A stretch of DNA of 51,281 nucleotides from Chloroflexota bacterium (GTDB taxonomy: Bacteria > Chloroflexota > Dehalococcoidia > Lucifugimonadales > HRBIN23). Shown piece after piece: positions 33,947 to 43,326 of this stretch. The notes below the pieces were generated by a model. That model made no database searches. It saw only the letters and a list, made by a program, of their open reading frames with translations, and was not told where the DNA came from. A program made the translations under genes and the position numbers. Numbering within the stretch: position 1 is the first letter of the stretch; the number at the start of each line of letters is the position of its first letter. Where the stretch lies: NCBI GenBank assembly GCA_016210325.1, contig JACQUK010000151.1:1-51281 (forward strand), read 5' to 3'.

Positions 33947-35215
33947 GTGGCGCCCTGGCGGTTGACCCTGGTCACGGCGACGCTGGCCGCCGTAATCCTT
34001 GGCGACTCCATGCTTTACAACGTGCTCCCGGCTCAGGTCCAGGCCTTTCAGGTCCCGGTCGGCCTCGTGGGTGTACTTCTGAGTGCTAACCGCTTCGTGC
34101 GGTTGGCTTCCAATCCTCTGGCCGCCTGGGCCTTCCGGCGGTTTGGCCTGGTGAAGCCTCTGGTGGCCAGCGTTGTCGTGGCGGTGGCCACCACCGCTGC
34201 GTACGGGGTTGGCCAGGGGTTCGCAGTCCTGCTGGTAGCCAGGCTCCTTTGGGGGGTCTGCTTCTCCGTGCTGCGGCTTGGGGGCTACCTGGTGGTCCTG
34301 GAGGAGGGTGGGGAGCACTCCCTGGGGCGTCTCATGGGGTTCTTCCGTGGTGGCTGGAGGGCCGGAAGCGTGATTGGGGTGCTGGCAGGCGGCATCATGT
34401 TCGACCTGACCGGCAGGACCACCAGCTTCCTGGCCGTGGCGGCTGTGGGACTCCTGGGCTTACCCGCCGCGCTGGCCCTGGGCCGGCGGCCCCAAGGCTC
34501 TGCCGCTCCGGTAGCTGTTGGGCAAGGCGGCGCCGATCCCGATGGTGCGGCCCACCAGTCTCAAGGCCAACCACAGACGGGGTGGGGCGCGACGGACGCT
34601 CCCGCACCGGAGATGAACGTCGGCAGCCGACGCAAGCTCCTGGTGGTAAACTTCACCTCCTTTGTCCTCTACTTCACCATCGGTGGCTTGGTGGTCACGA
34701 CGCTGGGCTTGCTCTTGGCCCAGCGCCTGGGGCCGGGAGCAACCATCGCTGCCGCGATGGGAGGCATCGCCACGCTCAACGGCATCCTTCTGGCTGTCCG
34801 CCACCTGGCAGACGTGGCTGCTCCATACCTGGGGCACCTGGGTGACCGGTTGGGTAGGGAGCAAGTGCTGGCAACCAGCGTGGCCATCTGCCTGGCTGCC
34901 ACCCTTCTCCTGGCGTACCCGGTGGTCATTGGCGTGACTCTGGCGATGGTCCTCGTGGCGTTTGTGGCGACCAGCGCGGCGCTGACCACCCTGGACGCGA
35001 TGGCAGGCAGGCTGGCCCCTGTGCATCGGCGGGCCCAGGTGATGAGCCGTTACGCGACTTGGCAGGATGTGGGCGCGGCAGCAGGCCCGCTCCTCGGCTA
35101 CGCCCTTCTGAGCGTCATGTCGCTGGGCATGGTGTACCTCGGCGGCGCTGCCTTGCTGGCCGCCGCCCTGGCATCCCTTGTCATCGTCTTCCGCGCCCAC
35201 CCTTTCAGCCAGTGA
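33947..35215 (+). CDS. MFS transporter
   Basis: About 12 predicted TM segments, an MFS-like loop GHLGDRLGRE, and a central hydrophilic linker. GTG start. Confidence 0.75.
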   Translation: MAPWRLTLVTATLAAVILGDSMLYNVLPAQVQAFQVPVGLVGVLLSANRFVRLASNPLAAWAFRRFGLVKPLVASVVVAVATTAAYGVGQGFAVLLVARLLWGVCFSVLRLGGYLVVLEEGGEHSLGRLMGFFRGGWRAGSVIGVLAGGIMFDLTGRTTSFLAVAAVGLLGLPAALALGRRPQGSAAPVAVGQGGADPDGAAHQSQGQPQTGWGATDAPAPEMNVGSRRKLLVVNFTSFVLYFTIGGLVVTTLGLLLAQRLGPGATIAAAMGGIATLNGILLAVRHLADVAAPYLGHLGDRLGREQVLATSVAICLAATLLLAYPVVIGVTLAMVLVAFVATSAALTTLDAMAGRLAPVHRRAQVMSRYATWQDVGAAAGPLLGYALLSVMSLGMVYLGGAALLAAALASLVIVFRAHPFSQ

Positions 35216-35288
35216 CGGTAGTAGCTTCTTTCCCCAAGCGGCGGTGCTGGGGTGCTCCGCCCTCCCCAGGTAGTGATCATGCGCTTCC

Positions 35289-35318
35289 TTGTGGACGGGA
35301 AAGGTGTCCCCCTATAAT
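35289..35318 (+). promoter_or_regulatory. Promoter TTGTGG-18-TATAAT upstream of the HAD-mutL pair
   Basis: -35 at 35289-35294 and -10 at 35313-35318. Confidence 0.4.
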
Positions 35319-35351
35319 ACGTTCACAGTCAGTGCCGCGCGTGAGGAGGCC

Positions 35352-35786
35352 ATGCGTATTTTCTTCGATATGGACTATACCATCGTTTCGACTGAGGGGA
35401 GGCTGCGGCCTGGCGTCGTTGAGGTGTTCCAGCGCCTGCGCGAGGACGGCCACAGCATCTATATCTGGTCTGGCATGGGGGTGCGCGCCGGCGAGGTCCG
35501 TTACCTGGGGCTGGAACCCATGGTGTCGGGCGTCTACCGGAAGCCGCTCATCCACTACAAGGAGGCGGTATGCAAGGCGGTGGAGCAGGGAGAGATCGGT
35601 GTAATGCCTGACCTGGTGGTAGACGACTACCCCGAGGTGGTCGCCGACTTCGGTGGTGTGGCTGTGAAGCCCTACTTCTTCCGCAATCCCGAAGACCGGG
35701 AGATGGAGCGCGTCTACCGCGTCATCTCCGAGCTGGCGGCCAACGGGCACGCTCCAGGCAGCTCCAGCAGCACGCCAGGGACCTAG
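35352..35786 (+). CDS. Small HAD-superfamily-like phosphatase
   Basis: MRIFFDMDYTIV (DxDxT motif I) directly after GAGGAGG at 35344-35350. SG and DD motifs occur later. It ends 6 nt before mutL. Confidence 0.55.
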   Translation: MRIFFDMDYTIVSTEGRLRPGVVEVFQRLREDGHSIYIWSGMGVRAGEVRYLGLEPMVSGVYRKPLIHYKEAVCKAVEQGEIGVMPDLVVDDYPEVVADFGGVAVKPYFFRNPEDREMERVYRVISELAANGHAPGSSSSTPGT

Positions 35787-35792
35787 CGGCCT

Positions 35793-37571
35793 ATGCCTAT
35801 CCGAGTGCTGAACCCCTGGGTGGCAGCCCAGATCGCTGCCGGCGAGGTGGTAGAGCGTCCGGCCTCCGTGGTCAAAGAGCTGGTGGAGAACGCCCTGGAT
35901 GCTGGGGCCTCGGCGGTCAGGGTTGAGGTCAACGGCGGTGGGCTAGGGTCCATCCGCGTGGTAGACAACGGCAGCGGTATTCCCACCGACGAGACTGAGC
36001 TCCTTTTCCAGCACCACGCCACCAGCAAGCTCCAGAGCAGTCAGGACCTGGCGGGTCTCCGGACCCTGGGGTTCCGCGGCGAGGCCCTGCATAGCATCGC
36101 CGCGGTGGCGCGCCTCTCGCTGCTCACCCGGACCGCTGAGGCCTCCACCGGCGTCTATCTGGAAGCATGGGAGGGACGCCTACAGCGCCGGGAGCCGCGC
36201 GGTGCCCCCCAGGGGACCACGGTGCTGGTCCGTGGGCTGTTCCAGTCGGTGCCGGCCCGGCTGAAGTTCCTGAAGTCTCCCGCCGCCGAGGCGGCCCGGG
36301 TGCAGACCCTGCTGGGACTGTACGTTCTGGCCTACCCTGAGGTCAGGTTCACTCTGCTGGTAGACGGGCGTCAGGCCATGGCATCGCCGGGCGGCGGAGA
36401 GTTGCGCCAGGCCGCCGCTGAGGTCTACGGCACCCAGGTCGCCAGGGAGCTCCTGGAGTTTGGTGGCCCTTCAGGTGATGCCGAGAGTCCTGACCCGGCG
36501 AAAGGAGAGGGGGAACAGGCCAGGGTCTGGGGGCTTGTCAGCCCCCCGCATCTTCATCGGGCCAACCGCAGCTACATTGCCATCTTCGTCAACCGGCGGC
36601 CGGTGCAGGCCCGCTCCCTGGCCTATAGCCTGGAGGAGGCCTATCACGGCTTTCTGCCGGAGGGCAGGCACCCGCTTGCGGCCGTCAACATCGCCCTCCC
36701 GCCAGAAGAGGTGGACGTCAACGTTCACCCGGCCAAGGCGGAGGTCCGGTTCCGGAACGAGGGCCAGGTGTACCGGGCGCTTCAGCGCGCCGTACGGGGT
36801 GCCTTGGTGGCCATCGCCCCCGTGCCGTCCTTTGACATGGAGCCTCCTGCCACGGTCGTCGCCCCTGCTGGGCCGCCGCCCCTTGTTCCGAGTCGCCATC
36901 TGCCCATTCCTCCAATCCGCTCGCCTGCCGCCCAGGAAGGGGGAACGCCCAGTGCCTCCCAAGGGTTGGACGCGGTCCCGCCAGCGTCGCCTGGTCCCGC
37001 GGAGGTACTCCCCGTGCTCCGGGTGGTGGGCCAGGTACAGAGCACGTACATCGTGGCCGAGGGCCCCGACGGCCTCTACCTGGTGGACCAACACGCCGCC
37101 CATGAGCGGGTCCTGTTCGAGCGAGTCCTGAGGGCAGTGGGCCAGCACGCACCGGAGACCCAGGGGCTTCTGGCGCCTGTGGTCGTCGAGCTTTCACCGG
37201 TCCAGGCCCAGACGGCGCGCGAGGTTGGCCTGGCACGCTTCGGGTGGCAGGCCGAGCCTTTTGGCGAGCATGCCCTGCTGGTCCGCGCGGTGCCGTCGGT
37301 GCTGGCGGGGCGCGACGCCGCGCAGTCCCTGGTGGACCTGCTGGACACCTTCCGCTCTGAGACAGCCACGGGGGAGGGCGAGGCCCGGATGGCGGCGACC
37401 ATAGCCTGCCACAGCGCGGTCCGCGCCGGCCAGTCCCTCAGTTCTCAGGAGATGTCCGAGATGCTGCGGCTTCTGGAGGGGTGCCAGGAGCCCCATACCT
37501 GCCCCCACGGCCGCCCTACCATCGTGCACCTCAGCGTCAGCCATCTGGAGCGGGAGTTCCGTCGGAGGTAG
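35793..37571 (+). CDS. mutL: DNA mismatch repair protein MutL
   Basis: IAAGEVVERPASVVKELVENALDAGA, DNGSGI, and GFRGEAL. The C-terminal dimerisation domain carries QHAAHERV and CPHGRP. Confidence 0.95.
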   Translation: MPIRVLNPWVAAQIAAGEVVERPASVVKELVENALDAGASAVRVEVNGGGLGSIRVVDNGSGIPTDETELLFQHHATSKLQSSQDLAGLRTLGFRGEALHSIAAVARLSLLTRTAEASTGVYLEAWEGRLQRREPRGAPQGTTVLVRGLFQSVPARLKFLKSPAAEAARVQTLLGLYVLAYPEVRFTLLVDGRQAMASPGGGELRQAAAEVYGTQVARELLEFGGPSGDAESPDPAKGEGEQARVWGLVSPPHLHRANRSYIAIFVNRRPVQARSLAYSLEEAYHGFLPEGRHPLAAVNIALPPEEVDVNVHPAKAEVRFRNEGQVYRALQRAVRGALVAIAPVPSFDMEPPATVVAPAGPPPLVPSRHLPIPPIRSPAAQEGGTPSASQGLDAVPPASPGPAEVLPVLRVVGQVQSTYIVAEGPDGLYLVDQHAAHERVLFERVLRAVGQHAPETQGLLAPVVVELSPVQAQTAREVGLARFGWQAEPFGEHALLVRAVPSVLAGRDAAQSLVDLLDTFRSETATGEGEARMAATIACHSAVRAGQSLSSQEMSEMLRLLEGCQEPHTCPHGRPTIVHLSVSHLEREFRRR

Positions 37572-37600
37572 CCGCCCGCGGCCCTTGGCGTGCTGCCCGC

Positions 37601-38869
37601 CTATCTGATTTCGACGGCCACTACTCGGTGGATGCCGCGGCGGGTGCCCAGGTACAGATAGCCATCAGGCCCGTTGGCCACGCTGATGATGCCCTCGCCC
37701 AGGAGGCGGAGCACCACCTCTTGGCGTACCACCTGGTCCTGGGCCGGGCCGCCAAGCTCCACCATGTGCAGCGACCCCGTGTTGTAGTCTCCGAAGAAGA
37801 GCCTTCCGCTGTACTGGGGAGGCAGCTTGTCGCCAGTGTAGAAGGCTATACCGGTGGGGGCGATGTTGGGGGTGTAGGTGAGCAGCGGGTCAACATAGCG
37901 GGGGTCGTTGGCCACCCCAGTGAAGCGGGGCCAGCCGTAGTTGCCTCCTGGACGGAGCAAGTTCAACTCGTCGTCCACGTTGGGGCCGTTCTCCGTAATG
38001 TAGGGTCTTCCCGTCTGGGGGTGGAAGGCGATGCCGAACATGTTCCGGTGCCCCAGCGTGTACACCGTGGAGCCGGGGAAGGGATTGTCGTCTGGGACGC
38101 CCCCATCGGGCCGGACCCGGTGCACCTTGCCGGCCGGCTGGACCGGGGCCTGGGCCGCATCACGCTGAGTTGTGTCGCCCACCGGCACATACAGCAGCCT
38201 GTCGGGGCCAAAGGCGATGGCTCCCCCGTTGTGGATGCCTGCTGCGGGCAGCTTGTCGAGCACCACCCCCAGGGGCCCCGCTTGCTGCCCCTCCAGGGGA
38301 AAGCGTGCCACCTGATTGAGATTACTTTGCCCCTGGCGGTACGTGTAGTAAACGTAGACCCACGGCGCATTGGAGAAATCAGGATGCAGCGCCAGGCCCA
38401 GCAAGCCCGCCTCGGGCAGGTTGCTGACCACCGGCAGTTGCACCACGGGCTCAGGTGAGAGTTGGCCGTCCTGGAAGACCCGGACCGTGCCCTTGAGCCG
38501 CTCGGTGAAGAACAGGCGGCCATCGGGAGCGAAAGCCAGGGCGGTCACCCATTCCACGCCCTGGACGACAGGCTCGGCCCGGAGCACGATTTGAGGGGTG
38601 GGCGTTGGGGTGGCGCTCGGGGGCGCCGCCGTTGAGGTGGGCGTTGGGCTGGCTGCTGTTTGCGGCGTGACGGTCGCTTGGGGCGCGGTGGGTGATGCCG
38701 TCGGGGTGGGCCCGCAGGCAGAGAAGGCCAGCACTGCGGCTAGGCCCAGCGATGCTATTGCTGCGGAAGGGCCGTGGAGCAGTGCGCCATGTAGGAAACG
38801 GTAAGCAGAAGCCGTCTGCTCTGCCTCCCGCGTCTGCGTGGGAAAGGGTAGGCCATGCGTCGTGTCCAT
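37601..38869 (-). CDS. PQQ-dependent (soluble glucose/sorbosone-type) sugar dehydrogenase, lipoprotein
   Basis: Lipobox LAFSAC, then a Pro/Thr/Ala linker. Beta-propeller motifs: LGLALHPDF, HNGGAIAFGPDRLLYVPVGD, GHRNMFG, NYGWP. Confidence 0.8.
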   Translation of the reverse strand: MDTTHGLPFPTQTREAEQTASAYRFLHGALLHGPSAAIASLGLAAVLAFSACGPTPTASPTAPQATVTPQTAASPTPTSTAAPPSATPTPTPQIVLRAEPVVQGVEWVTALAFAPDGRLFFTERLKGTVRVFQDGQLSPEPVVQLPVVSNLPEAGLLGLALHPDFSNAPWVYVYYTYRQGQSNLNQVARFPLEGQQAGPLGVVLDKLPAAGIHNGGAIAFGPDRLLYVPVGDTTQRDAAQAPVQPAGKVHRVRPDGGVPDDNPFPGSTVYTLGHRNMFGIAFHPQTGRPYITENGPNVDDELNLLRPGGNYGWPRFTGVANDPRYVDPLLTYTPNIAPTGIAFYTGDKLPPQYSGRLFFGDYNTGSLHMVELGGPAQDQVVRQEVVLRLLGEGIISVANGPDGYLYLGTRRGIHRVVAVEIR

Positions 38870-38884
38870 AGATTGGTCGGCCGC

Positions 38885-39340
38885 TCAGCTTTTGGCCTGC
38901 TGCCCCAGCCATCGAAGCAGGTCAGCGCCGTGCTCGTCATAGTGCTCCGTCGTCTCCATTAGCAGGAAGCGCCGCACGGCATCCTGCTGGTACGCTTGCT
39001 CTGGGAGGCCTTGCAACAGCTCGACCGTCCTGGTGTGGGTGCGGCGTAGCGCTTCGGCTGCCTGCTTGGGTGTGAGAGCGCGCCGCTGTTCCGCCGCCTG
39101 CTGGTTCCATTGGTCCACGTTCCCGTACCTTGGCTGAGGCTTCCCTTCCAGTAGGAGTTGGACACCTTTGACCGCCTCATCTTCCCAGGTTGAGATGTGG
39201 CCCATGATGTCCTTGGCTGACCAGGCCCCTATTACCCCCTGCTCCTCCATCCGCGCTGAGGGCACCTTCTGGACGGCTGCCAAGAACCTGTTCCAGGAGC
39301 CTTCGAGCTGCTGTAGCACCTGTTGCTTTTCGGTGGGCAT
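38885..39340 (-). CDS. DinB/ClbS-like four-helix-bundle protein
   Basis: GAWSAKDIMGHISTWEDEA and C-terminal TEHYDEH motifs typical of the DinB/DUF1706-like bundle. ATG 39340 chosen. Confidence 0.6.
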   Translation of the reverse strand: MPTEKQQVLQQLEGSWNRFLAAVQKVPSARMEEQGVIGAWSAKDIMGHISTWEDEAVKGVQLLLEGKPQPRYGNVDQWNQQAAEQRRALTPKQAAEALRRTHTRTVELLQGLPEQAYQQDAVRRFLLMETTEHYDEHGADLLRWLGQQAKS

Positions 39341-39482
39341 GGCGTCCTCCGCTGGGTGAAAGTGCCACGGAGCCGTGGCCTTGTGTTCTGCGTAGCGAAA
39401 CAACAGACCGGGATGGCTGTGCTAGCGGTCGGGGTAGCTAGGGCAATTATAGCGTGGTAGTTTGCGCAGATACAAGCGGTGC

Positions 39483-39630
39483 GTCCGTCCCGAGAACAGC
39501 GATTCAATCGGTAGGTCGGGTTTCCCAACCCGACCGTCCCCCACGGGCAGGTTCGTCCCGACGTGTCCCGATGAATCGGGACGTGTCGGGATGCCCTACA
39601 AGGGTCAATCGCTGATTTCGGGTCCGTCCC
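39483..39630. repeat. Related inverted-repeat element copy C with direct flanking duplication
   Basis: A 16-bp closing inverted repeat, CCCGAGAACAGCGATT (39489-39504) with AATCGCTGATTTCGGG (39607-39622), 14/16 complementary. Internal hairpins are GGTCGGGTT-TCCC-AACCCGACC and TCCCGACGTGTCCCGAT-GA-ATCGGGACGTGTCGGGA. GTCCGTCC(C) is repeated directly at 39483-39491 and 39622-39630. Confidence 0.7.
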
Positions 39631-39693
39631 CGCCTTGGCTACTGCCCTCTATCGTGTGCCCGCCTGGGCCGTTATCCTGTTTAGGGGGAGTTG

Positions 39694-40287
39694 ATGACCA
39701 GGGCTGGATGGACATACCTTGGATTGGGCCTCGGCCTGGTGGTACTGCTGGCCGCAGTGGCCGCTGGTGGCTACCTTGCCGCCCAAACGAAGGACAATGC
39801 GAAGACGCCTTCTGCTCCGGCGGCCCAGCCTACTAGGGTGTTCCCTGGACCAAGTCCGAAGCCAGCGCAAGAACGCCCGCCACAGTCGGAAGGAGGTACC
39901 GCAATAACAAGAGGTGGAGATACCTCGGCCTTTGTGACGCCGTCGCCCGTCCCGGTGGGTTTCGACCTGGCGGTCCTGGACATGAGCGGCGGCGGCTTTT
40001 CGCGTACGGTTACGGCCAGGCTCACCAACCTGGGCTTCCAGGATGCCACTGGGGTCTGGGCCAAGGTGGAGCTCTACGCCGGCGCATCACGGGTGAAGCT
40101 CAGCGGCCAGGACTCGCTGCGCATAGACATTGGGGCGCTGTCAGCCCGGGCTTCAGTGCAAAGGCAGGTGATGCTGAGCGTGGGGCTCTTGGATGGCTTG
40201 CGGTTGCAGAGCAACGGTGCCCGTGTGGTGGTCACCGTCTACTCGGACCAGGCCACCCGTAGTATTGAATACCCGTTCCAGCCGTAG
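39694..40287 (+). CDS. Membrane-anchored hypothetical protein with Pro-rich linker and CARDB-like beta domain
   Basis: GGGGGAG RBS at 39684-39690. N-terminal TM segment LGLGLGLVVLLAAVAAGGYL, a Pro-rich spacer, and DLAVLDM...VTARLTNLGFQDATGVWAKVELYAG. Confidence 0.5.
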   Translation: MTRAGWTYLGLGLGLVVLLAAVAAGGYLAAQTKDNAKTPSAPAAQPTRVFPGPSPKPAQERPPQSEGGTAITRGGDTSAFVTPSPVPVGFDLAVLDMSGGGFSRTVTARLTNLGFQDATGVWAKVELYAGASRVKLSGQDSLRIDIGALSARASVQRQVMLSVGLLDGLRLQSNGARVVVTVYSDQATRSIEYPFQP

Positions 40288-40297
40288 CTGGTAGCTT

Positions 40298-40918
40298 ATG
40301 GGCCAAAGGCGAGTCCTGCTGGCCAGCACAAACCCTGCCAAGCGGGCCAAGCTGCGCTGGTTGGTAGCGGGCCTGGGCCTGGAGGTCGAGGGACCTGATG
40401 CCAGCATTGCTGGCCCTGCCCTTGACGAGGCGGGCCGCTCGCACCGAGAGAACGCGGCCCTGAAGGCGGTTGCCTGGTCGCGGGCCTACCCGGGCCTGAC
40501 GATCGCCAGCGATGGGGGGCTGGTTATCCCTGCCCTGCTGGGACGATGGAATAGTCTCCGCACGAGCCGCTTCGCCGGGCCGGGGGCAAGCGACGTCCAG
40601 CGCGCCGACGCGCTGCTGCGGCTGGCGCAATCCCTGTCCGGCGATGAGCGGACTGCCCACTGGGAAGAAGCTGTGGCGGTGGCGAGTCAGGGCCTGCTGC
40701 TCAAGACGTTCTCTTCCAGGAGCGGGCCGGGCCTTCTGCTGGCGGCGCCGCCCTCGGGCGGACTGGTGCCTGGCTTCTGGGCCGCCTCCCTGTGGCACTT
40801 TCCATCCTTGGGCAAGACCTATGTACGGTTGACCGCCAGGGAGCTCAGGCAGATAGGCGACCACTGGAGCAAGCTGCGGCCCAGGGTGCGGCGCTATCTT
40901 CGCAGGGTAATAGATTAG
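40298..40918 (+). CDS. Divergent Ham1/RdgB-like (non-canonical NTP pyrophosphatase family) protein
   Basis: LLASTNPAKRAKL (family: ATxNxxK), DEAGRSHRENAALKA (E..tf.eNA..KA), and ASDGGLVIPAL (family: ADDSGL). The FGYDP and SHR motifs are not conserved. Confidence 0.55.
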   Translation: MGQRRVLLASTNPAKRAKLRWLVAGLGLEVEGPDASIAGPALDEAGRSHRENAALKAVAWSRAYPGLTIASDGGLVIPALLGRWNSLRTSRFAGPGASDVQRADALLRLAQSLSGDERTAHWEEAVAVASQGLLLKTFSSRSGPGLLLAAPPSGGLVPGFWAASLWHFPSLGKTYVRLTARELRQIGDHWSKLRPRVRRYLRRVID

Positions 40919-40951
40919 GCAGTCAGGTTCTCCGGGGCGGGCATGCCCCGT

Positions 40952-41911
40952 TCACGGCAGGCTGACTCGCCAGTGCAGCGGGTCGCCACTGTCACTCTCC
41001 CGATGTACCTGCACCAGGCTGTCTCGCTCCAGGCCCTCCACGAGCCGTGCCAGCCAGCTTGCAGCGTGAGGGCTGAAGTCCTGTCGCAGGTGCAGGCCTA
41101 GCTCGGTCAACCGCACCGCCTCGCCGGGGGCCAACGTCCGCAGGTGGTCAACGATGCGTCCCCGGTAGTACCGGGACGACCCGGCAAAGGGTGGCTGCTT
41201 GGCCCGATAGGGCGGTCTGGCCTCGGCCACCTTTGGGGCCTCTCCGCGGCCCCGAAAGAAGGGCGCTGCCCGGCAGGATGCCTGCCACGGGCAGCGCGAG
41301 CAAGCAGGGCGCCGGGCCAGGCACACGGTGGCCCCCAGGTCCATGAGGGCCTGGTTCCACTCAGAGGCCACGTCCTGCGGCAGGGCCCGCCCTGCGACCT
41401 GGCGGATGAGCAACTTGGGAGCGTCCTCAGCGCCGAAGAACGCCCGCCTGAGCACCCGTCGCACGTTGGTATCCAGCACCGGGAGGGGGGTGCCAAAGGC
41501 AAAACAGGCCACGGCAGCGGCGGTATACTCGCCCAATCCGGGCAGCGCTTCCAGGATAGTGACCTCTTGTGGGAGCACCCCGTGGTGCGCGTCCATGACT
41601 ACTTTTGCAAGGCGGTGCAACCGCACTGCTCGCAGGTTGTAGCCCAGCGGCGCCCAGGCGCGGATCACGGCACCGGGCGGGGCCGACGCGAGGGTGGCGA
41701 AGGAAGGGAACTGCGCGAGGAAGCGGTGGTAGTGTGCGACGACGCGCTGCGCCTGGGTCTGCTGAAGCATCACCTCTGATACCAGGATGGCGTAGGGGTC
41801 GTCCGTGTGTCGCCAGGGCAGGTCACGCTGGTGTGTGTGGTACCAACGAAGGAGGTCCCCCCGCATGGCCTCGACCTGGGCATCTGGAGGGCCAAGGGCG
41901 GCGCTGCCCAT
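40952..41911 (-). CDS. mutY: A/G-specific adenine DNA glycosylase MutY (short form)
   Basis: LLRWYHTHQRDLPWR...DPYAILVSEVMLQQTQ, HhH LPGLGEYTAAAV, and the Fe-S loop CLARRPACSRCPWQASC. ATG 41911 chosen. Confidence 0.85.
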   Translation of the reverse strand: MGSAALGPPDAQVEAMRGDLLRWYHTHQRDLPWRHTDDPYAILVSEVMLQQTQAQRVVAHYHRFLAQFPSFATLASAPPGAVIRAWAPLGYNLRAVRLHRLAKVVMDAHHGVLPQEVTILEALPGLGEYTAAAVACFAFGTPLPVLDTNVRRVLRRAFFGAEDAPKLLIRQVAGRALPQDVASEWNQALMDLGATVCLARRPACSRCPWQASCRAAPFFRGRGEAPKVAEARPPYRAKQPPFAGSSRYYRGRIVDHLRTLAPGEAVRLTELGLHLRQDFSPHAASWLARLVEGLERDSLVQVHRESDSGDPLHWRVSLP

Positions 41912-42195
41912 GGTGCGCTCATCTCCCCGGATTTCTTGACGACTCCAGTCATTATAGAGGGCCGAACGCAAGAGGCTCCACTCGGCCGCGCATCTCGCGA
42001 AGGGCGTTGCCAAGGGAGGGCACGTTGATAGAGGCGCACCAAGGATGTACTATTCTCCGAAGGTGAATCTGAGGACACGCCCGAACGCGGTCCAGGTCAC
42101 CTGGTAGGTGGCGCGAGCAATGCGATGGGCCGGTGAGGCAGTCCGCCTTGCCGGCTTGGTCAGAGGGAGAAGGCAAGTGGAGGGTGCTCCAGTAG

Positions 42196-43260
42196 ATGGC
42201 GCTGGGCGTAGCTGTGCCGGGGCGTAGCCGGCCCCGAAGCTGGCTGCTGTGGGCTGCGGCTGGGGTCGCCTCCACGGTGCTGGGTGCAGCCCTGCTATGG
42301 CTCGCCCTGCGTCAGGTAGACTGGGGCCAGGTCCAAAGCTCCCTGTCCCAGGCTTCAGTAGGCTACCTTTTGATGGCCGCAGGGTTCATGGCGGGAGCCA
42401 TGTTCCTGCGGGGGCTGCGTTGGCGCCTGCTGTTCCAGGGGGTACGGGTCAGCACACTACGCTTGTTGCTCGTTGAGAACACCGCCATAGGGGTCAATAG
42501 CACCACCCCCATACCCATCCTGGACGAGCCGGTCCGCGTTGGACTGCTGGCACTCCAGGGCCTCAGCGTGGGCCAGGTGCTGGCTACTATGGCGGCCCAG
42601 CGCATCTTCGAGCTGGGCACCCAGACCCTTCTGGCAACGGTGGCCCTGGTGCTGCTGCCGCCGCTGCGGCCCCTGGCCCCCTACGTGGCCGCTGCTGCTG
42701 GCGTAACGGTGGTTGCGCTGGTTGCCCTCTTCGCTGTTGGCCCCAGGCTCCAACACGTTTCCTGGCTACAAGCACTGCCATTGGCCAGGGACTTTGGGCG
42801 GGCGGTCCGGCTCATGCGCCAGGCCAGGCTGTCGGTGCTGGCCTCTTTTCTACTGACCATTGCCTATTCGGTTGTTGTGGGCATGGTGGGGTGGGCAATC
42901 TCGCAGTCCCTTCATCTGTCCATGCCGTTTCTGGCCATGATCATCCTGACGCTGGCGACCATCTTCTTCACTGACTGGATCCCAGGCCTGCCGGGGGCTG
43001 TGGGCACCTTCGAGTTTGTCGCCATCTCCCTGCTGGACCTGTTCGATGTCTCGCGCTCCATCGCTTTTAGCTTTGCCATTGTCCTTCATGGGGTCCTTTT
43101 CCTGCCCTCCATCCTTATTGCTGCTGTGTACCTCCCCTACGCTGGGGTCCGCTCCGTCAGGGCGCTTCAAGCCCTTCTTCGCCAGTGGAGCAGCGGGGCG
43201 CGGACGGCACAGCCCGCTGACCCGCCTGTGGTGATGGGTGGCGAGAAGAAGGCACAGTAA
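42196..43260 (+). CDS. UPF0104 (LPG-synthase-TM / flippase-like) membrane protein, second paralogue
   Basis: Polytopic, with the RGLRWRLLF motif and the same architecture as 19703..20785. Confidence 0.65.
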   Translation: MALGVAVPGRSRPRSWLLWAAAGVASTVLGAALLWLALRQVDWGQVQSSLSQASVGYLLMAAGFMAGAMFLRGLRWRLLFQGVRVSTLRLLLVENTAIGVNSTTPIPILDEPVRVGLLALQGLSVGQVLATMAAQRIFELGTQTLLATVALVLLPPLRPLAPYVAAAAGVTVVALVALFAVGPRLQHVSWLQALPLARDFGRAVRLMRQARLSVLASFLLTIAYSVVVGMVGWAISQSLHLSMPFLAMIILTLATIFFTDWIPGLPGAVGTFEFVAISLLDLFDVSRSIAFSFAIVLHGVLFLPSILIAAVYLPYAGVRSVRALQALLRQWSSGARTAQPADPPVVMGGEKKAQ

Positions 43261-43326
43261 TATTCTGGCTGTTTGTTCGCTGGGCTGACCATCGGTTGTG
43301 GCAGACTCTCGACGAGGAGGCTCGAG

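Noticed and set aside
40952-41300. MutY lacking a NUDIX-like C-terminal domain as a novelty
   Set aside because: The tail FAGSSRYYRGRIVDHLR...LVEGLERDSLV resembles the short C-terminal form that I recall from actinobacterial-type MutY proteins. It is therefore probably a known subfamily trait, though this was not verified by search.
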